A stretch of DNA of 64,000 nucleotides from an uncultured Actinomycetes bacterium. GTDB taxonomy: Bacteria > Actinomycetota > Thermoleophilia > UBA2241. Location: assembly GCA_963767005.1 (NCBI GenBank), contig CAVYCN010000002.1:625028-689027 (forward strand), given 5' to 3'. Every line of letters begins with the position of its first letter. Within the stretch, counting starts at the first letter, position 1. Position numbers and translations under genes: made by a program. A model generated the notes under the pieces. The model was not told the DNA's origin. It did not search any database and saw only the letters and a program-made list of their open reading frames with translations. Below, piece by piece: positions 38,534-48,825 of this stretch.

Positions 38534-39919
38534 CTACCATCCGACCGTCTGCTCGAGCTTCTCGAGCAGCGGCTGCCACCGTACGCTCCGTCCCGTGCCG
38601 AACTCGACGCGGTCGGCGTGGGAGAGGACGAGGTTCACGCCGGTGGCCGCCAGCCAGCGCAGCGGCTCCGGTTCCCACCGCCGGCTGCGATGGCCCACCC
38701 AGGGTAGCCGCACGAGCTCGCTGTCGAGCCCGAGGATCAGGTCGCGCAGCGTGCGGCCGGCCAGGTTGGCGGTCGCCACGCCGTCGCCGACGTAGCCGCC
38801 GGCGAAACCAAGGCCGGTGCGCGCATCGTACTCGGCGGTCGTGTGCCAGTCGCGGGTGGCCCCCAGCACGCCGCCCCAGCGATGGGTGACCTCGACCTCG
38901 CCGGCCGCCGGCAGCAGGAGCCGCAGCGCGCGATGCACGCGCTCGTAGATCGCCGCGGGGCGTTCCAGGCGCTCGCTGATGCGCGAGCCGTAGTAGTAGG
39001 GCGCAGTGGTGCCGCCGATCGCGACGCGCCCGTCGGCGGTGCGCTGCGCGTAGACGATCATGTAGCGTCCGTCGGACAGCACCTCGCGGCCCGCCCAGCC
39101 GATCTCGTCCCAGGCGGCGGCCGGCAGCGGCGCCGTGGCGATCATGAAGTCGTAGATCGGCACGACGTCGCGCTCGTGGCCGGGCAGCTCGACGCTGTAG
39201 GCCTCGGTCGCCAGGATGACGCTGCGCGCGGCCACCGAGCCGGCCGGCGTCTGCGCGGCGCCGGGCTCGATCCCGACGGCCGGCGTGCGTTCGTAGATCG
39301 TCGCGCCGAGCTCCTCGACGCGGCGCGCCAGGCCGCGCGCCAGGCGCGCCGGCTGCACGCTCGCGTAGTGGGGGCTGAAGACCGCGCCGCGACAGCCCTC
39401 GACCCGCAGGCGGCTCAGCACGTCGGCCCGCTCGAGCCAGGTCCAGTCGGTCTCGCCGTAGCCGAACGAGCGCTGCTCGGCCACCACGGCCTGCAGGCGC
39501 GGCGTCTGCGCCGGCGACGTGCTGACCCACAGCATGCCGCCCCTGTGGTAGCCGGCCTCGATGCCGTCCTGCTCGACGACCCGGCCGATCTCGGCGACCG
39601 TGTCGATCATCGCCCGCTGCATGGCGACGGCAGCCTCGCGGCCGCTCTCTTCGGCGAGCGTGGCGAGCGGCGTCGCGAACATCGACGACACCCAGCCGCC
39701 GTTGCGGCCCGAGGCGCCGAAGCCGGCGATCTCCTTTTCGAGCACGACGACACGCAGGCCGGGTTCGGCCTGCTTCAGGTAGTAGGCCGTCCACAGGCCG
39801 GTGAAGCCGGCGCCGACGATCGCGACGTCGGCCTCGATCGAACGGTCGAGCGAGGGCCGCGGGACGAGGTCCTCCGGGGTGTCGTCGAGCCAGAAGCTCC
39901 GAGAGCGGTAGTCCGTCAT
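38534..39919 (-). CDS. FAD-dependent oxidoreductase (PuuB/DadA-like)
   Basis: IVGAGFTGLW, GASGRNGG, GYVGDGV. Confidence 0.88.
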   Translation of the reverse strand: MTDYRSRSFWLDDTPEDLVPRPSLDRSIEADVAIVGAGFTGLWTAYYLKQAEPGLRVVVLEKEIAGFGASGRNGGWVSSMFATPLATLAEESGREAAVAMQRAMIDTVAEIGRVVEQDGIEAGYHRGGMLWVSTSPAQTPRLQAVVAEQRSFGYGETDWTWLERADVLSRLRVEGCRGAVFSPHYASVQPARLARGLARRVEELGATIYERTPAVGIEPGAAQTPAGSVAARSVILATEAYSVELPGHERDVVPIYDFMIATAPLPAAAWDEIGWAGREVLSDGRYMIVYAQRTADGRVAIGGTTAPYYYGSRISERLERPAAIYERVHRALRLLLPAAGEVEVTHRWGGVLGATRDWHTTAEYDARTGLGFAGGYVGDGVATANLAGRTLRDLILGLDSELVRLPWVGHRSRRWEPEPLRWLAATGVNLVLSHADRVEFGTGRSVRWQPLLEKLEQTVGW

Positions 39920-41388
39920 GCCTTCTCCTTGTGCACATTCCCTCCGACCGGCGCACTCGCGTCGGCGGCGGCGGCCCTGGCCCGCAGGCTGGCGAGCTCG
40001 CGCTCGACGTCGTCGTCCAGCGGCAGCGGGCGGTGGCTGGCGAGCAGCTCGGTCGCCCGGCCGGCGGCCTCGTCGGCCACGTCGGGCCGTCCGGCGGCGA
40101 GCCAACGCTCCGGGCTGTCGTGAAAGCCGAGGCCCGGCAGGTAGAAGTCGCCGCCGCGCACGGCGGCGCGTGTCGATGGTTCGCGCAGAAAGTGCGCGCC
40201 GGGGCCGCCGCGCTCGAGCACATCGGCGAGCCAGCGGTCGTCGCTCGTCGGGATGCCCTCGCGAGCGTGCGCGCACATGCGGAAGATCTCGGCGTCGACG
40301 AGCAGCTCGGCAAGGCTCAGCACCGTCGCCCCGCCCAGGCAGCCGGGGCCCACCATCAGGTCGGGCCAGGAGAGCGTGCCGTACAGGGCGCTGAAGGCCT
40401 TCTCGCAGGCCGCCTGAGGGCCGGGCGCGAAGGCGTCGGTGCCGGCTGCCGAGCCCATCACCGGCAGGCCATAGAAGCGCGCCATCTCCACGCCGGCGAC
40501 GCCGATCGCCGCGTGCGCGGTCGTGCCCGCGTAGCGGCCGCTCCGCGGGTCCATCGTCAGGGCGATCGGCGCGTACACGAACGGCGTGCCGGGCTCGGCC
40601 GCCTGCACGAGACACAGGGCGCCGATCGTCTCGCAGTTGGCGAGCAGCGTGGTGGCGAGCAAGCTGGCCGGCGCGGTCGTGCCCATCATCGGCATGGGCA
40701 GCACCGCCACCGGGATGTCCCAGCCGCGCAGGGCGAGCCAGCTGTCGGTACAGGGCGCGTCGATCACGAGCGGCGAGACCGGGGTGAGCAGGAATGAGAA
40801 GGGGTGGCTGTGACGCACCTCGCCGCGGCCGAAGACGACGTCGAGCGCCTCGAGCACCCAGGGCGAGAGCGCTGGGTCGAGCCAGGAGTCCTGCACGTGC
40901 TTCGAGAAGCTACGGTGCAGCTCGATGGTGTAGTCGACGAGGCCGGCCCGAGGGCCGCCGCCGGAACGCACGCCCTCGACCATCGCCCAGTAGACGCCGA
41001 CCTCGTCGAGCGCGTCGAGCAGACGGGTGGCCGCGAGCCAGTCGCCGTGCGTCGCCGGCCGCGGCTCGGCCGCGGCGCCGTCGAGGACCTTCACGGCCTC
41101 GCCGTCGGCGACCAGCGTCATCTGCCCGGCGCCCAGGGGAAAGCTCCACCCCGGCCGCCGACCCCCCAGGTCGAAGCGCCGGGGGGCGAGACGCAGGGCC
41201 TCCTCGACGAGCGCCGGCGGGAACCGCACGACGCCGGTAGCGGGATCGACGCGTGCTCCGGCGCCGGCCAGGATGCGGCGACCCTCCGCGGAGTCGACCC
41301 GCATGCCGGTCTCGGCCAGCACCCGCAGGGTGCGCTCGTGGACCTGGGCCCGCTCGGTGGGCGACAGGACGTCGAGGCACGCCTTCAC
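39916..41388 (-). CDS. trimethylamine methyltransferase (MttB) family protein, paralogue 1
   Basis: PVSPL, PMPMMGTTAPASL, DPRSG, ARFYGLP, VGPG, GPGAHFL; no in-frame amber codon. Confidence 0.88.
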   Translation of the reverse strand: MKACLDVLSPTERAQVHERTLRVLAETGMRVDSAEGRRILAGAGARVDPATGVVRFPPALVEEALRLAPRRFDLGGRRPGWSFPLGAGQMTLVADGEAVKVLDGAAAEPRPATHGDWLAATRLLDALDEVGVYWAMVEGVRSGGGPRAGLVDYTIELHRSFSKHVQDSWLDPALSPWVLEALDVVFGRGEVRHSHPFSFLLTPVSPLVIDAPCTDSWLALRGWDIPVAVLPMPMMGTTAPASLLATTLLANCETIGALCLVQAAEPGTPFVYAPIALTMDPRSGRYAGTTAHAAIGVAGVEMARFYGLPVMGSAAGTDAFAPGPQAACEKAFSALYGTLSWPDLMVGPGCLGGATVLSLAELLVDAEIFRMCAHAREGIPTSDDRWLADVLERGGPGAHFLREPSTRAAVRGGDFYLPGLGFHDSPERWLAAGRPDVADEAAGRATELLASHRPLPLDDDVERELASLRARAAAADASAPVGGNVHKEKA

Positions 41389-41497
41389 GAACGACCCGAT
41401 CCTGAGCTCGACACGGCCCCCTCACCTTCGCCGTGCCCCGAGGCTGTGGGGAGCAACGGCTCGACCGGACCATTCTAGGAACGCGTCGGCGGGCAGA

Positions 41498-41561
41498 CGA
41501 GCCCCGATCACTCGACGAGAATGTGCACCTTCGCTGGACGGAGTGTGGACAAAGTTGACAG
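41498..41561. promoter_or_regulatory. conserved operator/promoter motif upstream of mttB paralogue 1
   Basis: CGAGCCCCGATCACTC.ACGAG...GCTGG...GTGGAC.AAGTTGACAG, shared with 44336-44399. Confidence 0.65.
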
Positions 41562-41591
41562 ATGCGCACGGCACCGGTCATATAGAGGGCG

Positions 41592-42707
41592 ATGTACCTG
41601 AGCACACAGGCAGCGGCGCGGCGCCTCGGCGTGGCACCCCACACGCTGCGACGCTGGGCGGCGTCGGGCATCATCCCTTGCGTGCGCACCGCCGGAGGCC
41701 ACCGCCGCTTTCGTCAGGAAGACGTCGACGAGCTCCAGCGCCAGTCCCGCCACACGGGGGTCCGCGAGGCCACGGTCGCCCGCGAACGGGAGCTCGACAC
41801 GCTGCTCGACGTCCTGGTCACGCTCACCGGCCAGCTCGAGCTGACCGAGCTGCTGGCCGACATCGCCTGCCAGGCCACCCGCCTGCTCGACTGCCAGGCC
41901 TGTGTGATCTCGGCCTTCGATGAGGCGAGCGGCATGGTGCGGCCGCTCGCCGAGTTCGACCGCGCCGGCCAGCGCCTGCCCGACTTTCCGCCCTACACGA
42001 TCGACGACGAACCCACGATCCGCGGCGTGCTGCGGCGTCGCGAGCCGGCCGTGCTGACCGCGAGCGACCGCTCGGCCGACCCGGCCGAGACGAGCGAGCT
42101 GCGCAGGTGGAACATCAGGACGGTGCTCCTCATGCCGCTCGCCAACCGGGACGGCGCGATCGGCCTGCTCGAGGCGATCGACCGCGAGCGCGAGCGCCGC
42201 TTCTCGCGTCAGGAGATGCGCATCGCGCGGGCGATCGCGGCGAGCGCGTCGGTCGCGCTGCACAGCGCCCAGCTGTTCGCCCGGCAGCAGCTCACCGACG
42301 CCGACGCGCTGCGGTTCGAGACGGCCGTCGAGCGCACCACCGCCCGGCTGGGCGACCTGTGCGGCGCGGCGTCGGGCGACGACGCCCTGCGCGCCGCGGC
42401 CGCCGTCGTCTGCGAGGCGTTCGACGCGCCGTCGGCGGTCGCCCGCTGGGACGACCGCGCCCAGCTCGCCGGCGGCGAGCTGGGCGCGGGCCCCGCCGGA
42501 GCGGGACGACCGCGACGGACCGCCGCCGGCACGGATCCCGGCCCGAGCAGCGTGCTGGCCTGCCGGATGCCGTGCGGCGACGGCTTCGTCGACCTCAGCG
42601 CGACGCTGCACGACCCGCCCGGCCCCGGTCTGACCGGGCTCGCCCGGATGATCGCCGCGCTCGCCGCCTGGCGGATCGGCGACCTGCCGGTCGACCGCGC
42701 TCCGTAG
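41592..42707 (+). CDS. excisionase/MerR-type HTH plus GAF domain regulator
   Basis: LSTQAAARRLGV..HTLRRWA..G..P..RTAGGHRRF followed by a GAF domain. Confidence 0.85.
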   Translation: MYLSTQAAARRLGVAPHTLRRWAASGIIPCVRTAGGHRRFRQEDVDELQRQSRHTGVREATVARERELDTLLDVLVTLTGQLELTELLADIACQATRLLDCQACVISAFDEASGMVRPLAEFDRAGQRLPDFPPYTIDDEPTIRGVLRRREPAVLTASDRSADPAETSELRRWNIRTVLLMPLANRDGAIGLLEAIDRERERRFSRQEMRIARAIAASASVALHSAQLFARQQLTDADALRFETAVERTTARLGDLCGAASGDDALRAAAAVVCEAFDAPSAVARWDDRAQLAGGELGAGPAGAGRPRRTAAGTDPGPSSVLACRMPCGDGFVDLSATLHDPPGPGLTGLARMIAALAAWRIGDLPVDRAP

Positions 42708-42764
42708 CGCCCGCCGAGAGGCGCGGGCCGCCCGACGAGGGCGGGTCGCACGACGGCCGGGCTG

Positions 42765-44198
42765 CTACGCGCCGTCTGCCTCGAGCGCCCGGGCGCGCAG
42801 CGCCGCCAGGGCGCGCTCCACGTCGTCGGGCAGCGGCAGCGGCTCGTGCGCGGCGAGCAGCGCGGCGACGCGCTCGTGACACTCGTCTTCGAGCGACGGG
42901 CGCCCGGCGGCCAGCCAGGCATCCAGCCCCGCGTGCCAGCCGAGCCGCGGCGCGAACCACGTGCCGTCACGCACGGCAGTGCGGGTCGTCCGCTCGCCGA
43001 GGAAGCTGCCGCCCGGCCCCACTCGGGCAAGCACGTCGTCGAGCCAGAGGTCGCCGGCGACCGGGATGCCGCGACTGGCGTACTCGCTCATGCGGAAGAT
43101 CTCGACGTCGATCAGCACCTGGCGAGGGTCGAACACGAGAGCGCCGGCCAGGCTGCCCGGCCCCAGCAGCAGGTCGGGACGGGCGAGGCTGCCGACAAGC
43201 GATCCCGGCGTCTTCTCGTAGGCGGCCTGGGCACCACCCACGGCGTCGCAGCCGCTGCCGGAGCCCATCACCGGCAGGCCGTAGAAGCGCGCCATCTCGG
43301 TGCAGGCGGCGCTCAGCATCGGGTGGAAGGTGTTGCTCGTGTAGCGCCCGCTGCGCGGGTCCATGGCCACCGGCAAAGGGGCGGCGATGAAGGGTGCCCC
43401 CGGCTCGGCGGCCTGCACCAGGCAGAGCACGCCCAGGGTCTCGCAGGTGGCCAGCAGCGTGGTGGCGAGCAGGCTGGCCGGCGCGGTCGTGCCCATCATC
43501 GGCATGGGCAGCACCGCCACCGGGATGTCCCAGCCGCGCAGGCCGAGCCAGCTGTCGGTACACGCTTGCTCGATGATCAGCGGCGAGACCGGCGTGAGCA
43601 GGAACGAGTAGGGATGGTCGCGGCGCACCCGGTCGCGCCCGAAGACGACGTCGAGGACCTCGAGCAGCCAGGGCGAGAGCGCCGGGGCGAGCCAGGAGTC
43701 CTGGACGTGCTTCGAGAAGGTCGCCTGCAGCCGGGCGTTGTAGGCGACCCAGTCGGCCAGCGGGTGCGGGCTGGGCGGGCTGGCCTCCACGGTCGCCCAG
43801 TAGACGCCGATCTCGTCGATCGTGTCGATCAGCCGCGTCGCCTGCAGCCAGTCGTCGGAGGTGCTCGGACGCAGCTCGCCGCTCGCGCCGTCGACCACGT
43901 GCGTCGCCTCGCCGGACATCACCAGGGTGGCCTCGCCGCGGTTCATGACGGTCCGCCAGCCGGGACGCCGGGCGCCCAGTGAGAAGTCCTTGGGCGCCAG
44001 GCGCAGCGACTCCTCGATCAGCGCCGCCGGGAACCGGACCATGTGCGTGTCCTGGTCGACCAGCGCGCCGGCCTGCGCCAGCAGCTCGCGCGCGAGCGCC
44101 GAATCGACGCGCATGCCGACCGCCGCGAGCACGTGGAGCGCGCGCTCGTGGAGCGCGCCCCGCTCGGTGTGGCTCAGGACCTGCAGGTGAGCCTTCAT
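42765..44198 (-). CDS. MttB family methyltransferase, paralogue 2
   Basis: Close paralogue of 39916-41388 (FSKHVQDSWL, PMPMMGTTAPASL, VGPGGSFL). Confidence 0.88.
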   Translation of the reverse strand: MKAHLQVLSHTERGALHERALHVLAAVGMRVDSALARELLAQAGALVDQDTHMVRFPAALIEESLRLAPKDFSLGARRPGWRTVMNRGEATLVMSGEATHVVDGASGELRPSTSDDWLQATRLIDTIDEIGVYWATVEASPPSPHPLADWVAYNARLQATFSKHVQDSWLAPALSPWLLEVLDVVFGRDRVRRDHPYSFLLTPVSPLIIEQACTDSWLGLRGWDIPVAVLPMPMMGTTAPASLLATTLLATCETLGVLCLVQAAEPGAPFIAAPLPVAMDPRSGRYTSNTFHPMLSAACTEMARFYGLPVMGSGSGCDAVGGAQAAYEKTPGSLVGSLARPDLLLGPGSLAGALVFDPRQVLIDVEIFRMSEYASRGIPVAGDLWLDDVLARVGPGGSFLGERTTRTAVRDGTWFAPRLGWHAGLDAWLAAGRPSLEDECHERVAALLAAHEPLPLPDDVERALAALRARALEADGA

Positions 44199-44335
44199 GC
44201 CGGGCTCGCCTTCGCGCCGCGGCGCAGGCCAGTGTGGACGTCGATCACGCCTCGTCACCTCCTGGTCGTCGAGGCAGGCCCGGCCGGGCGACGGCCCGGC
44301 TGCTGCTCATTGTAGAAACGCCCCGTCACGCGCGG

Positions 44336-44399
44336 CGAGCCCCGATCACTCCACGAGGGTGCTCAGTCCTTGCTGGCAGAAAGTGGACGAAGTTGACAG
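44336..44399. promoter_or_regulatory. second copy of the mttB upstream motif
   Basis: Matches 41498-41561 in conserved blocks and position. Confidence 0.65.
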
Positions 44400-44797
44400 C
44401 AGCGGCCTGCGCGGAGCGTCGCCAGCTCGATCCGCCCCGTCTCTTCGACCGTCACCGCGGACCCGCCGCCACGCCCGGTCCTCAGGCCCCGACCTTACAG
44501 GAAGGACGCCGCCGGACATTGGATCTACGTTGACGGTTCGAGCAACGTGCTTGAGACTGACAGGAGCCTTCTCGCCCTGCTCGATGATGAGGCCGTGACC
44601 TCAGAGGGTGCCCTATCCGACGACTGAGCTTCATACCGTGCGTAGATCCCGGCTCGCCGGCCAGGCTGCGTAGGCTGCGCCACCTTTGACCGGCGTCCGG
44701 CAGGTCCTCAAGAGGTCGGATACGCTGGTGCGGCTCGTGCGAGTCGCCCGCCCCATCCAGGGCCGGCTCACCGCTTCCAGGCGCATCAGCAGACTAC

Positions 44798-45373
44798 ATG
44801 GCGAGCAGCGGAGTACGCCGTCTGCAGCTGGGCGCGGAGGGCGCACCGCTGCCCGGCTGGCTCTGCGTCGACCATCGCGTGGATCGCGGCCCGCTGGCCT
44901 ACCTCGATGCGAGAAAGCCCTTTCCGTTCGGCGACGCCGTGTTCGACTGCATCTACAGCGAGCACTTCCTCGAGCACTTCACCTGGGCCGACGGCGCCCG
45001 GCTGCTCGCGGAGTGCCGGCGCACCCTCAGGCCGGGAGGGACGCTCCGGGTCACGACCCCCGACCTCGCGGCGCTCATCGGCCTCTACGGCGACGCCGAC
45101 GATCCCGACAAGCAGCGCTACGTCGTCTGGCAGACCGACAAGCTCGACGACGCCGCGTTGCGCAGACCCCAGTTCGCCATCAACCTCGCCTTCTACGGCT
45201 ACGGCCACCGCTTTCTCTACGACGGCGATGCCCTCGAGCTGGCACTGGACAGAGCCGGGTTCGCGGAGATCGAGCGGCTGCGCTGCGGCGAGTCTCGCGA
45301 ACCGCACTTGCGGGACATCGACTCGCATACCACCTTCGTCACGATGGTCTACGAGGCGCGGCGGCCGGGGTAG
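44798..45373 (+). CDS. class I SAM-dependent methyltransferase
   Basis: LQLGAEG, FDCIYSEHFLEH, LRPGGTLRVTTPD. Confidence 0.85.
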   Translation: MASSGVRRLQLGAEGAPLPGWLCVDHRVDRGPLAYLDARKPFPFGDAVFDCIYSEHFLEHFTWADGARLLAECRRTLRPGGTLRVTTPDLAALIGLYGDADDPDKQRYVVWQTDKLDDAALRRPQFAINLAFYGYGHRFLYDGDALELALDRAGFAEIERLRCGESREPHLRDIDSHTTFVTMVYEARRPG

Positions 45374-45560
45374 GCGTCGGCGGGTGCAGCCAGAAAAGTG
45401 ACCATGCGCAGGCGTTTATCAGTCTGATTGGGTCGTTAGCGGCGTATGAATGAGGAGCTCTTCACGGAGCGGAGCATCGCTTCGCGCTCGGCTTGACGCA
45501 GTGTCCCGCAAATGGCACTGCGCCGGATGCTCACCGCACGGCGACGTGGTCACTCAGGCC

Positions 45561-46607
<1,047 letters not shown>

Positions 46608-46951
46608 GCGCTACTCCTTTCGGTCCCTGGGTGGCTCATGCTACATGGCGCCGCAGGTGTCGCCAAGCCGCGAGGGAGGGTCTGGCTGGAGGATCAGCCA
46701 GCCACAGCAACAGTCCGCAGCACGTCCACCATCTGCGAGATGCGCAGCTGGCCGACGGCGCTCAAGAGCATCACGGCGCGGTCAAGGAGAACCACCGAAC
46801 AGTAGCGCGACTCCTACCAGAGACGGCCCGGAGACTATCATGGGAGCGACTCGATGAACGGAGTCTGATCGCCACTACGACACCGCCAGTCACGTGGAGA
46901 GCGGCGGCTCGTTCCTGGCCGAGCCCAGCCCGACGTCCAGCACGGAGGCCC

Positions 46952-48157
46952 ATGCCGATCGAGAACCTGGCCTTTCTCAGCGCCGACGAGGTAGCGCAGA
47001 TCGCCGCGCGCTGGGGCACGCCGCTGTACGTCTACGATGAAGCGACCATCCTGCGCCAGGCCGCCCTGGCGCTCGCCTTCCAGGCCCCCTTCGGCCTGAC
47101 CGTGCGCTTTGCCATGAAGGCTAACCCAAACCCGGCAGTCCTTCGGGTTCTCGATGGGGCTGGTGTGCGCTTCGATGCCAGTTCCGGCTATGAGGCAGAA
47201 GCGGCTCTTCGGGCCGCCATCAGCCCGGAGAAGGTCCAGATCACCACCCAGGAGATGCCCAAGCAGCTCGCCGAGCTCGGCGAACTGGGTGTCAAGTTCA
47301 ATGCCAGTTCGCTGCACCAGCTCGAGCAGTTCGGCAAGCTCTTCCCCTCCGGCTGCGTCGGTGTGCGCATCAACCCCGGCATCGGCAGCGGTCACTCCCA
47401 CAAGACGACCACGGCCGGTCCGACCGCCAGTTTCGGCATCTGGCACGAGTACATCCCAGAGATGCTGGAGATCGCCAGAAGATGGGATCTGACCATCTAC
47501 CGCATCCACACCCACGTCGGCTCCGGCGCTGATCCCACCGTGTGGCTACGGGCCTCCGAGCTCAGCCTGCGGCAGATCGCCAAGCTGCCCGATGTCACCC
47601 ACCTCGACCTTGGCGGGGGTTTTCGGGTGAGGCGGATGAGCTACGAAGAGCCCACCGATCTGCAGGCCGTAAGCAACGTAGTCGCCGAGGAGGTCCGCAG
47701 GTTCGCTGAGCTGTGCGGACGCCAGCTGCACCTGGAGATCGAGCCCGGTACCTTCCTGGTGGCCAACGCCGGCTCACTGGTGACGACCATCCAGGACATG
47801 TCGGACACGGGCTCAAGGGGCTATCGCTTTCTGAAGCTCGATTGCGGCATGGATGGCATCCTCAGGCCGAGCCTCTACGGCGCTCAGCACCCGATGGTCG
47901 TCGTCAACGACCGCGCGCGATCAGAAGAATACGTGGTGGTTGGCCACTGTTGCGAAGCGGGCGATCTGCTGACTCCCAGCCCGGATGATCCCGAGAACCT
48001 CGCGCCCAGGCTCGTACGGGAAGCTGCGATCGGTGACCGCCTGGTGATCGAGGGAGTCGGTGCCTACTGCGCCCACATGAGCGCGCACGGCTACAACTCT
48101 TTTCCGGTGCCGCGGGAGATCATGAGACGACAAGACGGTAGTTTCATCGACCCGTAG
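46952..48157 (+). CDS. lysA: diaminopimelate decarboxylase
   Basis: GTPLYVYD, FAMKANPN, HTHVGSG, DLGGG, EPG, RPSLYG, HCCEAGD. Confidence 0.88.
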   Translation: MPIENLAFLSADEVAQIAARWGTPLYVYDEATILRQAALALAFQAPFGLTVRFAMKANPNPAVLRVLDGAGVRFDASSGYEAEAALRAAISPEKVQITTQEMPKQLAELGELGVKFNASSLHQLEQFGKLFPSGCVGVRINPGIGSGHSHKTTTAGPTASFGIWHEYIPEMLEIARRWDLTIYRIHTHVGSGADPTVWLRASELSLRQIAKLPDVTHLDLGGGFRVRRMSYEEPTDLQAVSNVVAEEVRRFAELCGRQLHLEIEPGTFLVANAGSLVTTIQDMSDTGSRGYRFLKLDCGMDGILRPSLYGAQHPMVVVNDRARSEEYVVVGHCCEAGDLLTPSPDDPENLAPRLVREAAIGDRLVIEGVGAYCAHMSAHGYNSFPVPREIMRRQDGSFIDP

Positions 48158-48788
48158 CTGACCCGCGCGGCTGCTGCTGCGTGATGCAGTGCACGTTGCC
48201 GCCACCGAGCACGATCTCGCGGCCGGGCACGGTCGCGACCCGGCGGTCGGGGAACACGGCCTCCAGCTTCGCCTTGACCACCGCGTCGCTTGGCTCGTCG
48301 AACACCGGCATGATCACGCCACCGTTCACGAGCAGGAAGTTGAGGTAGGAGGCGGCGGTCTTGTCACCGGGCTCTCGCGGGATGCTGCCCTCGGCGCTGT
48401 CGACGCCCCAGGCCTCTGCTGCGGTGATCTCCATGATGGTCGGCATGGGCACCGTGTGGATCTCGAGCTTGCGATCTCTGGCGTCGGTCGTTCCGCGCAG
48501 GCGATGCAGGTTGTCCTGCAAGAGCTCGTAGCGCCAATCGTCGGTGTCGTCGATCACGGCCGCGAGGCCACGCCCGGTCTAACGAAGCAGGCGACGTCAT
48601 CGACGTGGCCGTTGGTTTCGTCAGGGTCGAGCGCTCGTTGGCGCTCTTCGGGGTCCTGCGGGTGTTCGGCTTGGCAGATGAGCTACCAGGTTGGGAGGTA
48701 CGGCTTCCCTGCGCCCGCACAGCCCGCTCGGTCAGCGTCCGCCGGCCCCAGAGGCGATCGTCTGGCAGGGCTTCAGGCTCTCCGACAT
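48144..48788 (-). pseudogene. aguA: agmatine deiminase remnant
   Basis: DETNGHVDDVACFVRPG and ASYLNFL...GGGNVHCITQQQP are not in one continuous ORF; much of the N-terminus is missing. Confidence 0.8.
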
Positions 48789-48825
48789 CGCACCCCCGTC
48801 ACCAACACCGGAGCTGTCTATGGCA

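Noticed and set aside
39916-44198. pyrrolysine recoding in the MttB genes
   Set aside because: Both frames are open without an internal TAG.
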